Shown here: in pieces, positions 39,100 to 50,762 of the stretch
How the letters are laid out: the number at the start of each line of letters is the position of its first letter
Position numbering within the stretch: the first letter of the stretch is position 1
DNA from: Blastocladiella emersonii ATCC 22665
Lineage: Eukaryota > Fungi > Blastocladiomycota
Direction: 5' to 3'
NCBI GenBank assembly: GCA_025594325.1
Contig: JANHCV010000017.1
Span: forward strand, 62,001 to 126,000
Length of the DNA: 64,000 bases
Translations under genes and position numbers: made by a program
Notes under the pieces: model-generated
The model's input: only the letters and a program-made list of their open reading frames with translations
Databases searched by the model: none
Told to the model about the DNA's origin: nothing

Positions 39100-39639
39100 G
39101 AGCTTTTTTGATCGTCAAATGCGTTCGGGTGACGACGTGACAGGAAGAGCACTGCGTTTCGAGCGGCGCACCTGAGGGCGTCGACGGACAGTTGGACGAT
39201 CACGGCACGTGCAGATGACTTGCGCGTCCGGTTCACACTGTAAACACCCCAGCTGAGCACGGTCCTCCTGCTGCCCGTGTGGTCCCGGACACTCAGCCCT
39301 ACCTTGGATCCGCGTCATCAACCGACCGACCTATACGTCATGCATAGCGACGACGTTCACGTTGAACAGCGGGTTGGCGAAGCGACCTGGGCACCAGGTT
39401 GCCTGCCGCTGCCTTCATCGACACGAATCGAAGGCAACGTCAAGTCCCGCCGTGTCGTTGGTTGCGAGATTTGGCAACGAACGAGGTCGCTCGTGTGCTG
39501 TTCGTATCGCATTTCCAGCGACGGCGAGACGATTACGTCGCTCAATTCATCGGAGATGAGTACCCAAGGCGGAAAACTAGAACAAGGTAACTGGGTTTTG
39601 TTATTGAACTAAGGTACGATTGAGGCAGGGGCTCGCGAA

Positions 39640-40956
39640 TTAGGAGAACTTCTCGGCGCGAAGGGCGCGGGCGAGAACGAGCGCCGGAACATCGGCGGCG
39701 CCGAGCTGCTCAGTAAACTTGGCGTGTTCGCGAAGGGCAGCGAGCATCTGGTCGTCGGAGACCGAGGTCGTTGGCGAGGGAATCGGGAGCAGGCGGACGC
39801 GGCAAGCCTCGACGAGCTCGTCATGGGTCAGGTCCGCGAAGCGCTCCTTGCGGAGGAGGGCATCGTCCTGACGCAGCATAGACATGCGGAGGAGCATGCG
39901 GGTCTTGGGGAAGAGTAGGGGCGCAGACACGCGCAGGAAGCGGGCGAGGTCGACCGACTTGTCGTAGTCGAAGCTGCCGAGGTTGGCGTAGACGCGGAGG
40001 GCGGGGACGAGCTGGACAATCTCCGAGTAGTGGGCCGGGGTGCCGCGGTCGGCAAGGCGCTGCATCAGCTGGCCGCAGAACTGCATGTCGTTGTCGAGCG
40101 AGGCGGCGGCGGGGTCGACAATCTTGGCAATGTGCTGGGTGACGACAGGGGCGAGGGCGGCCTGGGTCTTGGCGGTGCTCTCGTCGACGAGCTCCATGAT
40201 GCGGCGGCCGCGGAAGCCGGTGGGGAGGACGCCGGGGAGGGTGCGGACGATGAGCGGCAGGGCGAGGAAGGAGAAGGGGAGGACGGCGTAGACGGCAAAG
40301 GGGATGATGCGGGCCCAGTCCTGCTTGACCATGGCAATGTGGCGCACGTCGCGGCGGTTGGGCTCGTAGGCCTCGCGCTTCTGGATCTTCTCGTAGACGA
40401 TCTCGATGTAGCGGACCGAGTCCTTTGCGATCTTGCGGAAGCCAAACACGATCTGGTGGACCGTGTCCTTGGCGAGGGCCTTGCCGGACTCGAGGGTAAA
40501 TCCGGGCTTGGCGACCGCCACCGACTGCGTGGGCGTGCTCTTGGCGGCCGCAGCTTCCACTGCCGGAGTAGCGGGAGCGGACGGCGTCGCGGTTGCTGGC
40601 GGCGCCGCATGAGCAGCGGAGGCAGCCGCCGAAACGGAAGCGGGGGCGGGCTCGGTCACGGATGGCGTTGGTGGCGAAGCCGTGGCGACGGGAGCGACGC
40701 GGCGAGCCGTGGCGGGGGCGGCGGGGGCGGTCGCGGCCTTGGGGGTGGCGGCGGCAGCGGCCTTGAGCTGCTCCTGCTGCAGGCGGTACTGCTGGGCAGT
40801 CAGCTTCTTCTTCTTCTTGTCGGCATTGGAGCCGGAGCGGCTGTTGGACAGGTGCGAGCTGAGCGAGGCATGGCGGGCGAGGATGCGCGACGCGGCGGGG
40901 GCGCGCACGGCGCGGAGGGCGGCGGCCGGGCCGTAGAGGGAGGCCAGGGCGCTCAT
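39640..40956 (-). CDS. LETM1-family (LETMD1/Mdm38-like) mitochondrial inner-membrane protein
   Basis: Presequence MSALASLYGPAAALRAVR, then RRDVRHI..QDWARIIPFAVYAVLPFSFLALP..PGVLPTGF and LRQDDALL..LTHDELVEACRVR. Confidence 0.82.
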   Translation of the reverse strand: MSALASLYGPAAALRAVRAPAASRILARHASLSSHLSNSRSGSNADKKKKKLTAQQYRLQQEQLKAAAAATPKAATAPAAPATARRVAPVATASPPTPSVTEPAPASVSAAASAAHAAPPATATPSAPATPAVEAAAAKSTPTQSVAVAKPGFTLESGKALAKDTVHQIVFGFRKIAKDSVRYIEIVYEKIQKREAYEPNRRDVRHIAMVKQDWARIIPFAVYAVLPFSFLALPLIVRTLPGVLPTGFRGRRIMELVDESTAKTQAALAPVVTQHIAKIVDPAAASLDNDMQFCGQLMQRLADRGTPAHYSEIVQLVPALRVYANLGSFDYDKSVDLARFLRVSAPLLFPKTRMLLRMSMLRQDDALLRKERFADLTHDELVEACRVRLLPIPSPTTSVSDDQMLAALREHAKFTEQLGAADVPALVLARALRAEKFS

Positions 40957-41367
40957 AGCAGCAAGATAGGGGCGTTGATCCGTAGCAGGGGGTCCGTGGT
41001 CGGGCAGGATTCGGCGGAGGGGGAGAGAGTGTTGCGACCCGCAGGGCGAGCAGAGCCGGCCGATCGGCAAGCTGGCCGTCGGTGGCGCGTGCAGCGCGAT
41101 GGGCGTGGCAGCCGTCGACCCGAGCGCGTCCTCCTTCCCTCGCCTGCTCGCGGCTCGCTCTCCCCCCAGCGCTTACCTGCAGCGAGTAGCTCGCTCCCAC
41201 CTGCTGCAATGTATGATGCAACCTATGGAAATCCCCTCTACGAGACCGGATGCCCGCCCAACCCTCAGCCGAGCCACTACCGAACCTGCGACCACCACCG
41301 CTGACGCTCGGCCCGACGGCAGCACCTAGATCCCAAGGCTAGAAGCCGCAGACTAGAGGCCTCACAC

Positions 41368-42645
41368 ATGCTTGCACACGCCGCCGCACTCGCCGCCGAG
41401 GCCTCGCGCTTCCTCTCGCGCTGGCTTGTGCGCGGCGCTCTCGTCTACCTCGCCGCCGTCGCCCTCCTCGCCGCCTTCCCGCGCCTACAGGCCCTGCTCG
41501 TCTACATGCACTGGGTTAACTGGCCGCTCGGCGACCTTGCCACACCGACCGTGTTTGGCTTCCGTGACGGCTCTGTCCGGAACATCCGCATCCCGACCAC
41601 CGATGGCCTGCACATTGGTGCCTGGCACATTGTCCAGGAGTCGCCGCGTGCCCGCCGCGAAAACGGTGCCTCGCAGTTCCCGCGCGACTCGACCGCCACC
41701 GAATCGCCCGGTGCCCTGCTCAAGTGGCGCATCCAACCTGCTGACGCCGTCTTTCTCTACCTCCACGGCAATGCGGGCAACCGCGCCGTCTCCCACCGCC
41801 GCGCCTTCTACCAGTCCCTGCTCGCCTCGCACATGCGTGCCTCGCGCCGTCGCGACTCCAGCTCCGGAACGGGGGATGACGCTGGCCGCGCCCATCTGCT
41901 TGCCTTTGACTACCGCGGGTTTGGCGACAGCGCTCGCGCCCTGCCTTCGGAGCTCGGCGTTCGCCAAGACGCCCTTGCCGCTTGGAACTACCTCCTGGAG
42001 CAGGGCGCTCGTCCCGGCCAAATTGTCATTATCGGCCACTCGCTTGGTACCGGCATCGCCACCGCGCTCGCCGCCCACCTCGCCGAGTCCGACCCGACGG
42101 CCCCGCCGCCTCGGGGCTTGATGCTACTCGCACCCTTCACTTCGATCCCTGACGCCGCCCTGCAGTACCCGCTGGTTCCCCTCCACCTGATTGGCATGTT
42201 CACTGGCGGCCACGCCGGCATCCAGGACTGGGTCAAATCCAAGATTTCGGTGCGATTGAACTCGGCCGCTGCGCTCCCGTTGGTCTCGTGCCCGATCCTG
42301 CTCGTCCACGGCGCACTTGACGCGGTTGTGCGCATTGACCACTCGCGTGCTCTCTTCAAAGCGCTGACTGGTCGCTCCACCCGCAACGCTCTCAACCTGG
42401 ACCTGGACTCGCTCTCCACGGAGGCGACCACCCCGCTTCACATTACGCCTGTTGGAGAGCTCGAGGGCACCGTGTACTCGGCCGTTGCGCGTCCCAGGTC
42501 CGCCAAGGCCGATTCTGCCACCACCCACGCTCCGCGCTCAGTCACGTTTGCCGAGGTCGCTTTTGGCGGGCACGACGACCTTCAAGTCCATGCCATGGTG
42601 CGCGACATGATGGCAGTGTGGCTCCGCGGTCTCTCCGAGCCGTAA
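41368..42645 (+). CDS. ABHD12-like membrane-anchored alpha/beta hydrolase
   Basis: N-terminal TM, LYLHGNAGNR, FDYRGFGDS..PSELG..DA, GHSLGTG nucleophile elbow, HGALD and a C-terminal GGH. Confidence 0.87.
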   Translation: MLAHAAALAAEASRFLSRWLVRGALVYLAAVALLAAFPRLQALLVYMHWVNWPLGDLATPTVFGFRDGSVRNIRIPTTDGLHIGAWHIVQESPRARRENGASQFPRDSTATESPGALLKWRIQPADAVFLYLHGNAGNRAVSHRRAFYQSLLASHMRASRRRDSSSGTGDDAGRAHLLAFDYRGFGDSARALPSELGVRQDALAAWNYLLEQGARPGQIVIIGHSLGTGIATALAAHLAESDPTAPPPRGLMLLAPFTSIPDAALQYPLVPLHLIGMFTGGHAGIQDWVKSKISVRLNSAAALPLVSCPILLVHGALDAVVRIDHSRALFKALTGRSTRNALNLDLDSLSTEATTPLHITPVGELEGTVYSAVARPRSAKADSATTHAPRSVTFAEVAFGGHDDLQVHAMVRDMMAVWLRGLSEP

Positions 42646-42704
42646 GTGCCTATGGCAATATATCTCGACAATGCATAGCGTGACATTTGTGCTATTGTAT
42701 ACGC

Positions 42705-43773
42705 TCAGTTCAACCAGGTCAGCTCGAGAATCTCGCGCCGCACGCCGCCGCTCGTCTCGACGTGGACCGTGGAGCACCGCATCTTGCCGCGCGACGAGAC
42801 GAGCGCGTTGAACTCGAAGGTGCCGCCGCCCACGCCAAAGTACACGGCCTTGGCCGCAACCAGACTAGCGAGCGCAGGTGTGGAAATTGTCAGTGGAGGT
42901 GCTTACAGCAGGCAGTAAGGAGATCACGTACGCTCGGCCAGTGTGGGCCAGCTTTGCCTCGATCAAGTCAAGCAAGCGCGGCGCGGTGACCAGGTCGTAG
43001 ATGGTCTCGGAGGTGAGCACGAGGTCGTAGCGGTCCTGCGACAGGTGCTCGGCCATGAGCGACCAGTCGCCCGACACAAAGTCCACGTTTTCCGGGATAG
43101 CGTCCCAGCCAGCGGCAATCTCGGCCTCGTAGGCGCCGTCGCGGTCGAGCTCGTCGTCGGCAGGCGGCGGGCCCGCGTTGAGCACGACGCCGGGGGCAGT
43201 CACGAGGTGCAGGACCTGCACGTTGTAGTCGGACAGGGTCAGGTGGGCAAAGGGGACGCGGTGGGCGAGCAGGGCCATGGACGGCAGGGCCGAGCCGCAC
43301 CCGAGCTCGAGGATGCGGGTGCTCGGTTGCACGATGCCGCTGTTGAGGACGTAGGCGGCGAGGTCGACGCTGCACTCCCACGTCTTGAGGCCGCCCTCGT
43401 AGACGCCCTTGATCAGGTCGGTGCCCATGGCGATGGTGGTGCGCAGGACCTCGGTGTCGGCGTCGGCGGGCCCCGCGGCGTCGCCCATGGTGTCGCGGCT
43501 CGCAATCTCAAACTGCACGTCGCTGAGGTGACGGCGGCGCACGGGTACGGGGACCACGGACCGCAGCTCGGGCACCACCTGGCCGACGAGGTGCAGCGGG
43601 CCGGCGAGCGAGTGGGAGCCGTCCTCGGTCACGGTCGGCAGCATGGGCACTGCGGCGGTCCGCGGATCGAAGCGCGCGGCGGGCTGGCGTGGCCGGTGGT
43701 CGTCGGGGACGGCCACGGACGGCTCGGCGGCGCCGGCCTTGTTCAGGTCGCTGAGGAAGTCGAGGAATGACAT
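42705..43773 (-). CDS. HPM1: Histidine protein methyltransferase 1 (METTL18)
   Basis: DLIKGVYEGGLKTWECSVDL, ILELGCGSALP, DYN, YDLVLTSETIY and, after an intron, LVAAKAVYFGVGGG. Confidence 0.92.
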
Positions 43774-44010
43774 TGCAGGGGGTCGGGCGGCTGGTCTATC
43801 GCCGTAGAGTCGGGCACTGATGCGGGGCAGGATGGGGGGCGGGGAGAGGGAGAGCGGGAGGGGGAGGGGGTGATGGCCGTGATCGCCGTCACCTGACGCG
43901 AGAGGCGCCGTCGCGACCCTGCCCGCTCGCTCGCGTCCCGCTCCCAACTCGCCCCCTCTTGCGCCGCACTGGCAAGGCGAAAGGACACAAACGCACATGC
44001 ATCTGCTGCC

Positions 44011-45814
44011 ATGGTCGACCCCGATCAACTGCTCGAAGTGACGCTGCTCCACGAATCGCAGCCGGTCCGTCCGTCCCGCGCGCGCGTCGCCCCGTCGCAT
44101 CCCCGCCCGCCGGCCGCTCACCGAACCCCTCTGCCGCGTAGATCACGCAAAAATGGCTCAGCCGCGAGTGCAACATGACCACGCGCGAGGCTCAGGCGTA
44201 TGCGATCGGCGCGCCGCTTGTCCCGCTCGCCCCGACCTGACCTCCCGCGCGTGTAGTGCGCTCACGGCGTACGTGGAGCGGAAGCGTGCAGCCAACCAGT
44301 CTGTCGCGGTGACACTTTGCGTCTCGTACTCCGAGGACGCTGTTCGTCGCGTCGCGGTCATGGGTGAGAGCCAGCTCAAGGGTACGTGAATGCGTGCTTC
44401 ATCACTGGACGAGCGTAACTCACGTACAATGTACGTGATAGCCCTGCTGCAGAAACCCACCGCGACCGTGTTCGGCTGGCACATTTTTGCCGTCTCCAAG
44501 GGCCCGTTCGACGTATGCTCGCTCCTTGCACCACACGGCTCGATTCCACGTGCTCACTTCCCCCTCGCAACTAGAACCTCCGCGTGCTCGCTTCCGTCGA
44601 CCGCCCGTCCTTTGCCGTGCCGACGCAGAAACACTCGCTGATCCTGAATCCGGCCGTTTCTCGTCTCGCCAAGCCTGCCCCCTCGGCCCTCTCCAGCTCC
44701 GCCGCGCCGGTTCCCGCTGCGTCCACTCGTCCAACCCCGTCCGCCAAGGCTGCGCCGTCAAAGGCCCCCGCCAAATCGACCTCGGCATCCAAGAAGCCCG
44801 CCAGCAGCGCGTCGAGCAGCAGGCTTGCGGCCGCCTTCGCTGTCCAGCCCATAAAGTCGGCCGCCGCCGCCAAGTCTGCTCCTTCTTCTGCTGCGACCAA
44901 GCCTACGCCTGTGCCCAAGGCCTCCCCGCCGCAGCCCCTGCCTACGACAGAGTCCGTTATGATTGACTCGGACGAGGGCAGCGACCTCGACGACGCCGAC
45001 TTTGCCGCAGTTCCCGTTCCGTCTCGCTCGACCACACTCCCGCCCAAGCTCCCGGCCCCTGAGCCCAAGGCAACGGTGTCGGCGGCGGCCAAGCCCTCGG
45101 CAAGCGGTCGTACCAGCGGCGGTGATGTCGCGGTGAGGGTGAAAACGTCCCGTGCCCTCGACGACAGCGACGACGACGATTCCGGGCGCCCCGTTGTCAA
45201 GAAGCGGCGCGTGGTGGATGATGACGACGAGGACGAGACCGACGTACCCGCAATCGAGGACGTATCGCAGATTTTCGATATACCCGCCATCACCCAGCAG
45301 AGCGCGGCCGACGTCAGCACCCAGCAGTCGGACGCCATGGACGTGGACGCTCCGTTGCCCGCGTCGGCGCCCTCGCTCGGACGTGGTACTTGCGCAACCA
45401 CCACCGTCTCCGCCACGTCCCCTCACTGACTTTCAATCGTGTGTAGTCAAGCGCCGCCGCCGCGTCAAGCGCGCCAACACCTACGTTGACGAGCGCGGCC
45501 GCCTCGTCACCGAGGACGAGATTGTCAGCGAAGAGTACTCCGAGGACGAAGTCCCCGCGCCCGCTGCATCGGCACCTTCGCGTGCGCCGGCTCGCGCGGC
45601 CGCGACGGCCGGTGCACCTCCGGCATCGGCGCCCGTGGCCAGCACCCGGAAGGGCGCAGCGGCCGGCAAGTCCAAGTCCAAGGGCGCGGACACGACGGGC
45701 GACGATGCAGAGGCTGCCGCTGACAGCAAGCCGGCCGCTAAGAAGGGCAAGGGCGGGAACAGCAGCCAGGCTGGTCAGCGATCGATCCTCTCATTTTTCT
45801 CGCGCAAGTCGTAA
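44011..45814 (+). CDS. POLD3: DNA polymerase delta subunit 3 (Cdc27/Pol32)
   Basis: Spliced N-terminus ..ESQP|ITQKWLSRECNMTTREAQA, KRRRRVKRANTYVDERGRLVTEDE and a C-terminal PIP box QRSILSFF. Confidence 0.82.
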
Positions 45815-45968
45815 TCCTCGGTCGTGTAGTGCCTGCGGATGACGCGCTGTAATAAACGTGTCTCGCCCGCATCTGTTCGCCCCCACCCGCCTCGCGTTCA
45901 GCCCGTGTCCGCGCGCCGTTTGGCCTTCGCTGCTCTCCCCGCCTCTACTTCGTTGCCCCACGAACGCC

Positions 45969-48900
45969 ATGTATCATCCGCAACCACGACCGCGCACTGG
46001 CACCGCGCGTCCGCGCACCAGCGCGTCGACGCGCCCCACAACGGCCACGGCTGGCCGTACCGGCCGCTCCGTCGCGCCGTCCACGGCAGGAGGAGGAGGT
46101 GGCAGCGCTGCTGCTGCGCCGTCCGCCCGCCACGTCGTCGCCCTCTTCCACCCGCGCCCGAGCAACCTCCAGGGCGCCGCGTCGAACCTTGCATCGGCTC
46201 GAGGAGGCCGCGTCACGTCGTCAGCGGCGGACACGCGGGCCTCGGGGGAGGTTGGACTGTGTGTCTTCGACCTCACGTCGTCCACCTGTGCGCTCTCGCA
46301 GTTCGCGGACTCGCGCTGCCTCGTGCGCACGCTGGGGAAGCTTGGCGTGTTCCCGCCAGCCGAGCTCGTCGTGCCGTCGTCCTTCTACCATCCCGTCAAG
46401 TCCGAGGCCGCGATCCTGCTCGAGGGCAACCTTGACGCGGCCACGCAGGTCATCCCCGTTGCTCGCAAGCACTTTGATCCGAGCGCTGGCATGGAGCTCT
46501 TCACCCAGCTCGCCCTCGCCGACTCGCTGCCGTCGCTTCGGGACCAGGTGGTCGCGTGCCCGCACGCTCTGAGCTCGCTCGCGGCGCTCCTCAAGTGCGT
46601 TTCCTGCTCCAACTGACGCTGGCTCATCGACGGCACTGACACGCCCGCGGTCCCTGCAGGTTCATCGAGGTCAACCACGGTCTGTCCTTTGCTCGCACGT
46701 CGATCCACTTTGTCGTCGACCCCGTTGGCGGGACTCTCTTGATCGACGGACCCACCTCGAGTGCCCTCGAGCTCGTCGCCAACCAGGCCGGCCAGCGCGG
46801 ACACACGTTGTTCGCGGTCATGAACCGGTGCTGCACGGTACGCGCTCTCCGCCAGCAGACAAAGCGAACGTTGCTGACTGACTTGACCCTCGATGCAGGT
46901 CATGGGCATGCGCTTACTGCGCTCGACGATTCTCCAGCCTCCGAACGACCCGAGCACCATCAACTCGCGCCACGACGCCGTAGATGGTACGTCTCGGCCG
47001 ACCGCAGCGCGTGTGCGAGCCGAGACTGACGCACTCGACGTGGGCACCCTAGCGCTCCTCCTCGACCTGGCTACGACCAAGGCCATCCAGGACACGCTTA
47101 AACGAGTTCCTGTCATGGATCGAATCATTTCTGGGGTACGATTCTACGCCATCCTTGCGCGACACGTGTGACTAGTTGAAGGCTGACTGACCTCTGGCAC
47201 GTACTTCAGCTCGTCCAAATCCCCAAGAACACTTCGTCCAAGTCGGCGGAGCGCGAGATCGGCCTCATCATCGACCTTCGCCACACCCTGCGTGCGATCC
47301 CTCCGCTCCTCGACATCCTGTCCGCCATCTGTGGTCAACGCGACGTCCACGACCAACATGCTGGCCTCAACGCTTCGTCGCCGCACCCAGCACTTCTCGA
47401 GCAGGTGCGCACGTTGCTCATGGAGGGCGCCTTTTCGGCCATGGACTCGGCCATCTCCAGGGTCTTTGAGGAGGACCTCGAGGTTGAGTCGACGCCCATC
47501 GGGATCCGCAATCAGCGCGCATTCGCTATCCGGAGCGGCGTCCACGGTCTCCTCGACGTTTCTCGCCGCGCTTACCAGGAGTCGGTCGCTGACATTCACC
47601 AGCTCATCAACGACTATGCTGGTACGCCCGTCGCCTCGACCAACCCTGCACCAGTTCTAACGGATCCGCTGCCCCCTCGTGTGTAGAGGAGTACCAGCTC
47701 GCGCTCAAGGCGCAGTTCACCGCGGCGCTCGGGTTCAGCATTGAGTTCAACCTTGATTCGAGTGGGCTCCCTCGGTCAACAGCCCCGACCGAGGACGCCG
47801 ACTCGATCTCGGGCACGCCTGCCCCGCGCACGCCAGTGGTTGCCGACCTCCCGCCCATCTTCATCAACGTGGTCCGCCGTCGCGGGACCGTGCGGTGCAC
47901 GACGCTCGAGCTCATGAAGCACAACGAGCGGATCTCGGAGTCCATGGGCGACATCTACCTCATCTCGGACCAGTACGTGTAGCGCTGGGGGCTCGTTTTT
48001 ACTGCAGGCCGACTGACAATCGAGTTTCGTGTGGGTAGGATCATCAAGGGCCTCATGGAGGAGCTCCGTCTCCGCGTCGGCGCCCTGTACCGACTGTCCG
48101 AGGCGCTCGCACTGCTCGACATGCTGACGAGTTTTGCCGTTTTCCGGGCATCAAGCGATCTCGGTACGTTCCACTCGCACACGCGCCTGCAGCGTTGGGC
48201 TGGCACTGACGTCGCCTCTAATCTAGTGCGACCCTCATTTGGCGACGCTGTCGACATTCGGCAGGGTCGGCATCCGATTCAGGAGGTACTGCTCGAGCTC
48301 GGCCAGGTCGCGCTTGGCGCCGGCCGGGCGGCCTTTGTCCCAAACGACACCCACCTCAACCTTTGTCCTTCAGTCGTTAACGAGGGCGGCGGCACCTCGG
48401 CGGTCGGCCAGTCGCACATCCAGGTCATCACGGGCCCCAACATGGCGGGCAAGACCACGTACGTGAAGCAGGTCGCGCTCATTGCCATCCTCGCGCACAT
48501 CGGCAGCGGCGTGCCGGCTGTCTCGGCCACGGTCCCGCTTCTCGACCGGATCCTATCGCGCATGGCATTTGGCGACTCGATCCTCACGCACTCTTCGACA
48601 TTTGCTGTCGAGATGCGCGACACGGCTCGCATCATCGAGGAGGTCCTCGTCCCTGGCCAGCGGGCGCCAACTGCTGCCCGTGCGCGGTCCGTCGCGTCGA
48701 GTGTCGCTGAGACACAGGCGTTCTCGCCGTGCCCTGGCGGTCCTCTTTTGCCGCGCGACCCGCCGCTCCCGAGGGCAGCCGACCGGTACACGCTTGTGCT
48801 GATTGACGAGCTCGGGCGCGGTACGTCGCCCAACGAAGGAGCCGGGTTGGCTTACAGCGCGGCCGAGGCGCTGACGCTCTTCGGGACCAACGTGCGTGTG

Positions 48901-49586
48901 TCTCGCTCGATCCAGGCCTTCTAGAGCAGCTGGCTGACACGTCGATCCCCGTGTAGGCGATCGTCCTGTTTGTCACGCATTTTTTCGAGGTGCCGACAAT
49001 GCTTCTCCGCGCGTATCCCGGGCTGGTGACGCACTCGCACCTTGGCATGTCGCAGCGCGACGACCAACTGGCCTTTGACCGCGGCCTCATCAGCCAGGCA
49101 CCCGGTGACCGCGGTCCCGCCCTGGGCGCGACCGATGAGGGCGGCGCTGGAGCGGGGTATGGGATTGAGCTGGCCCAGGTCCTGCCGTTTCCCAAGTCGG
49201 TCATGGACGCGGCCACGTTCGCGGCCAAGCTGCTCGAGCCGAAGCCGCTCGGCGACTCTGACGTGGCTCCGCTCGGGACCGATGCCGGTCAGCGGTCCGC
49301 CTCGCCGACCAATACGCGCGCATCAGCGCTTCTTGGCCTCGCGCGCGACGCCATTGCCCTCGGCTCCAGCCCGGACCTCGCGACGGTGCGGACGGGCCTC
49401 GAGCAGCTCGCCGTTGCCGCCCGCGACGCGCTGTTCCCGGATCGCGCAGGCACGCCGCCGCCGCCGCCGTCTAAGTCGACTGGTACGGCGCGGGCGAGCT
49501 CGCCCGCAACGTCCGTCACGTCGGTCCGCGCGAGCCCGCGGAAGCGGCGTCGTGTTGTCGCTGGGGATCTGGCAGCTTTGGATTGA
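45969..49586 (+). CDS. MSH4: Meiotic MutS homolog 4
   Basis: N-terminal RPRTGTARPRT, EVGLC, LIDGPTSSALELV, NQRAFAIRSGVHGLLDVSR, ITGPNMAGKTTY, SSTFAVEM and LVLIDELGRGTS; no mismatch-recognition domain I is evident. Confidence 0.85.
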
Positions 49587-49648
49587 ATGCATGTAAACCG
49601 TTGTTCCAATTCCTAGCTGAGGTCGGTCAGTGCCCTTGTCCAGGCCGT

Positions 49649-49708
49649 GGCCGCTCGTTGGGCCGCTCGTTGGGCTGCCCGTTGGGCTGCCCGTTGGGTC
49701 ACTCGCCG
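49649..49708. repeat. 12-bp degenerate tandem repeat (GGCYGCYCGTTG, about 5 copies)
   Basis: ggccgctcgttg x2, ggctgcccgttg x2 and one degenerate unit, between MSH4 and the ankyrin gene. Confidence 0.8.
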
Positions 49709-49814
49709 AGCCGCTCGCCCTCGACGCGTCGCGACCACCGCGCGCCCCCCTCCGCCCAACGCACTCGCGTCAATGTACACCCGCAATATAACTTGCAGAA
49801 AACTCGTCGATACC

Positions 49815-50533
49815 ATGTCATCGAATGATATCTCGCAGGGCGCGACGCCGTGTATGTGGTGCACGCGAGCACGCGGTCCTGGCTGGCAACTGACGATGCG
49901 GCGATGCAATCTCGCTCCCTCCCTCCCTCAGTTGAGCAGATGGCGCGCGCAACGCGCAGCGGGAATCTCGACATGTTCTACGCCGCGCTGTCCGAGTTTG
50001 ACGGCGAGCCGGCCACGCTGCTCCACGGCAAGGACGGCTCCGGCTCGACGCTCGTGCACATCGCGTACGCCGTGTGCTTCGACCTGAGGCATCAGTAAGC
50101 ACTCTGACACGGCAGCCTGTTTCCCGTAGAGCCGAATACGCCAACCCCGCGGTCCTGGAGGCACTGCTCTCCATGGATCCGTCGATCCTCTCGTCGGTGG
50201 TCTCAGCGCCCGCGGCCACGCCCGACCGCAACACGCCGCTCCACCTCGCTGCGAGCCCGCGCGTAGACAACAACGAGGCGGCGTCTCTCGAGTGTGGTAC
50301 GGTGCTCGGATGGTCCAGCCGACCACTACGCGTCACTGACGTCGCGAACCCCGATTCTAGTCCAACTTCTCCTCGCTGCTGGCGCCAATCCGCGCGCGAA
50401 GAACAAGGCCGGCGAGCTCCCCGGCGACACGAGCCCGCACCCCAAGGTCCGCGCCGTGCTGCGGCAGCGCACGGCCGTGGGCGGGAGCGACCTCGCTCTG
50501 GACGCCGACGACGCGGATTCGGATGACGAGTGA
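49815..50533 (+). CDS. Small ankyrin-repeat protein with acidic tail
   Basis: Four exons: GSTLVHIA|AEYANPAVLEALL, NTPLHLAA, VQLLLAAGANPRAKNKAGELP and C-terminal DADDADSDDE. Confidence 0.8.
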
Positions 50534-50762
50534 CTGAGTGAATAAATTGCATGTTGGGCGACGTCGATGCAACAGCAATCGGATCGGGCCCTGCGGTGGG
50601 CGAGGTCGGTGACTGAGGTCGGCCATGGGCGCTGCGAGCTGGAGGCTGAAGGGCGGCCCGCTGCGCCTCCTCTCGCTTCCTCTCCTGCAACCCGACTCCC
50701 ATGTATCTTTGTCCTGGCTGCTAGAACGTCCCAGCCGTTCCACTTGCTGCAATTGAACCGTC

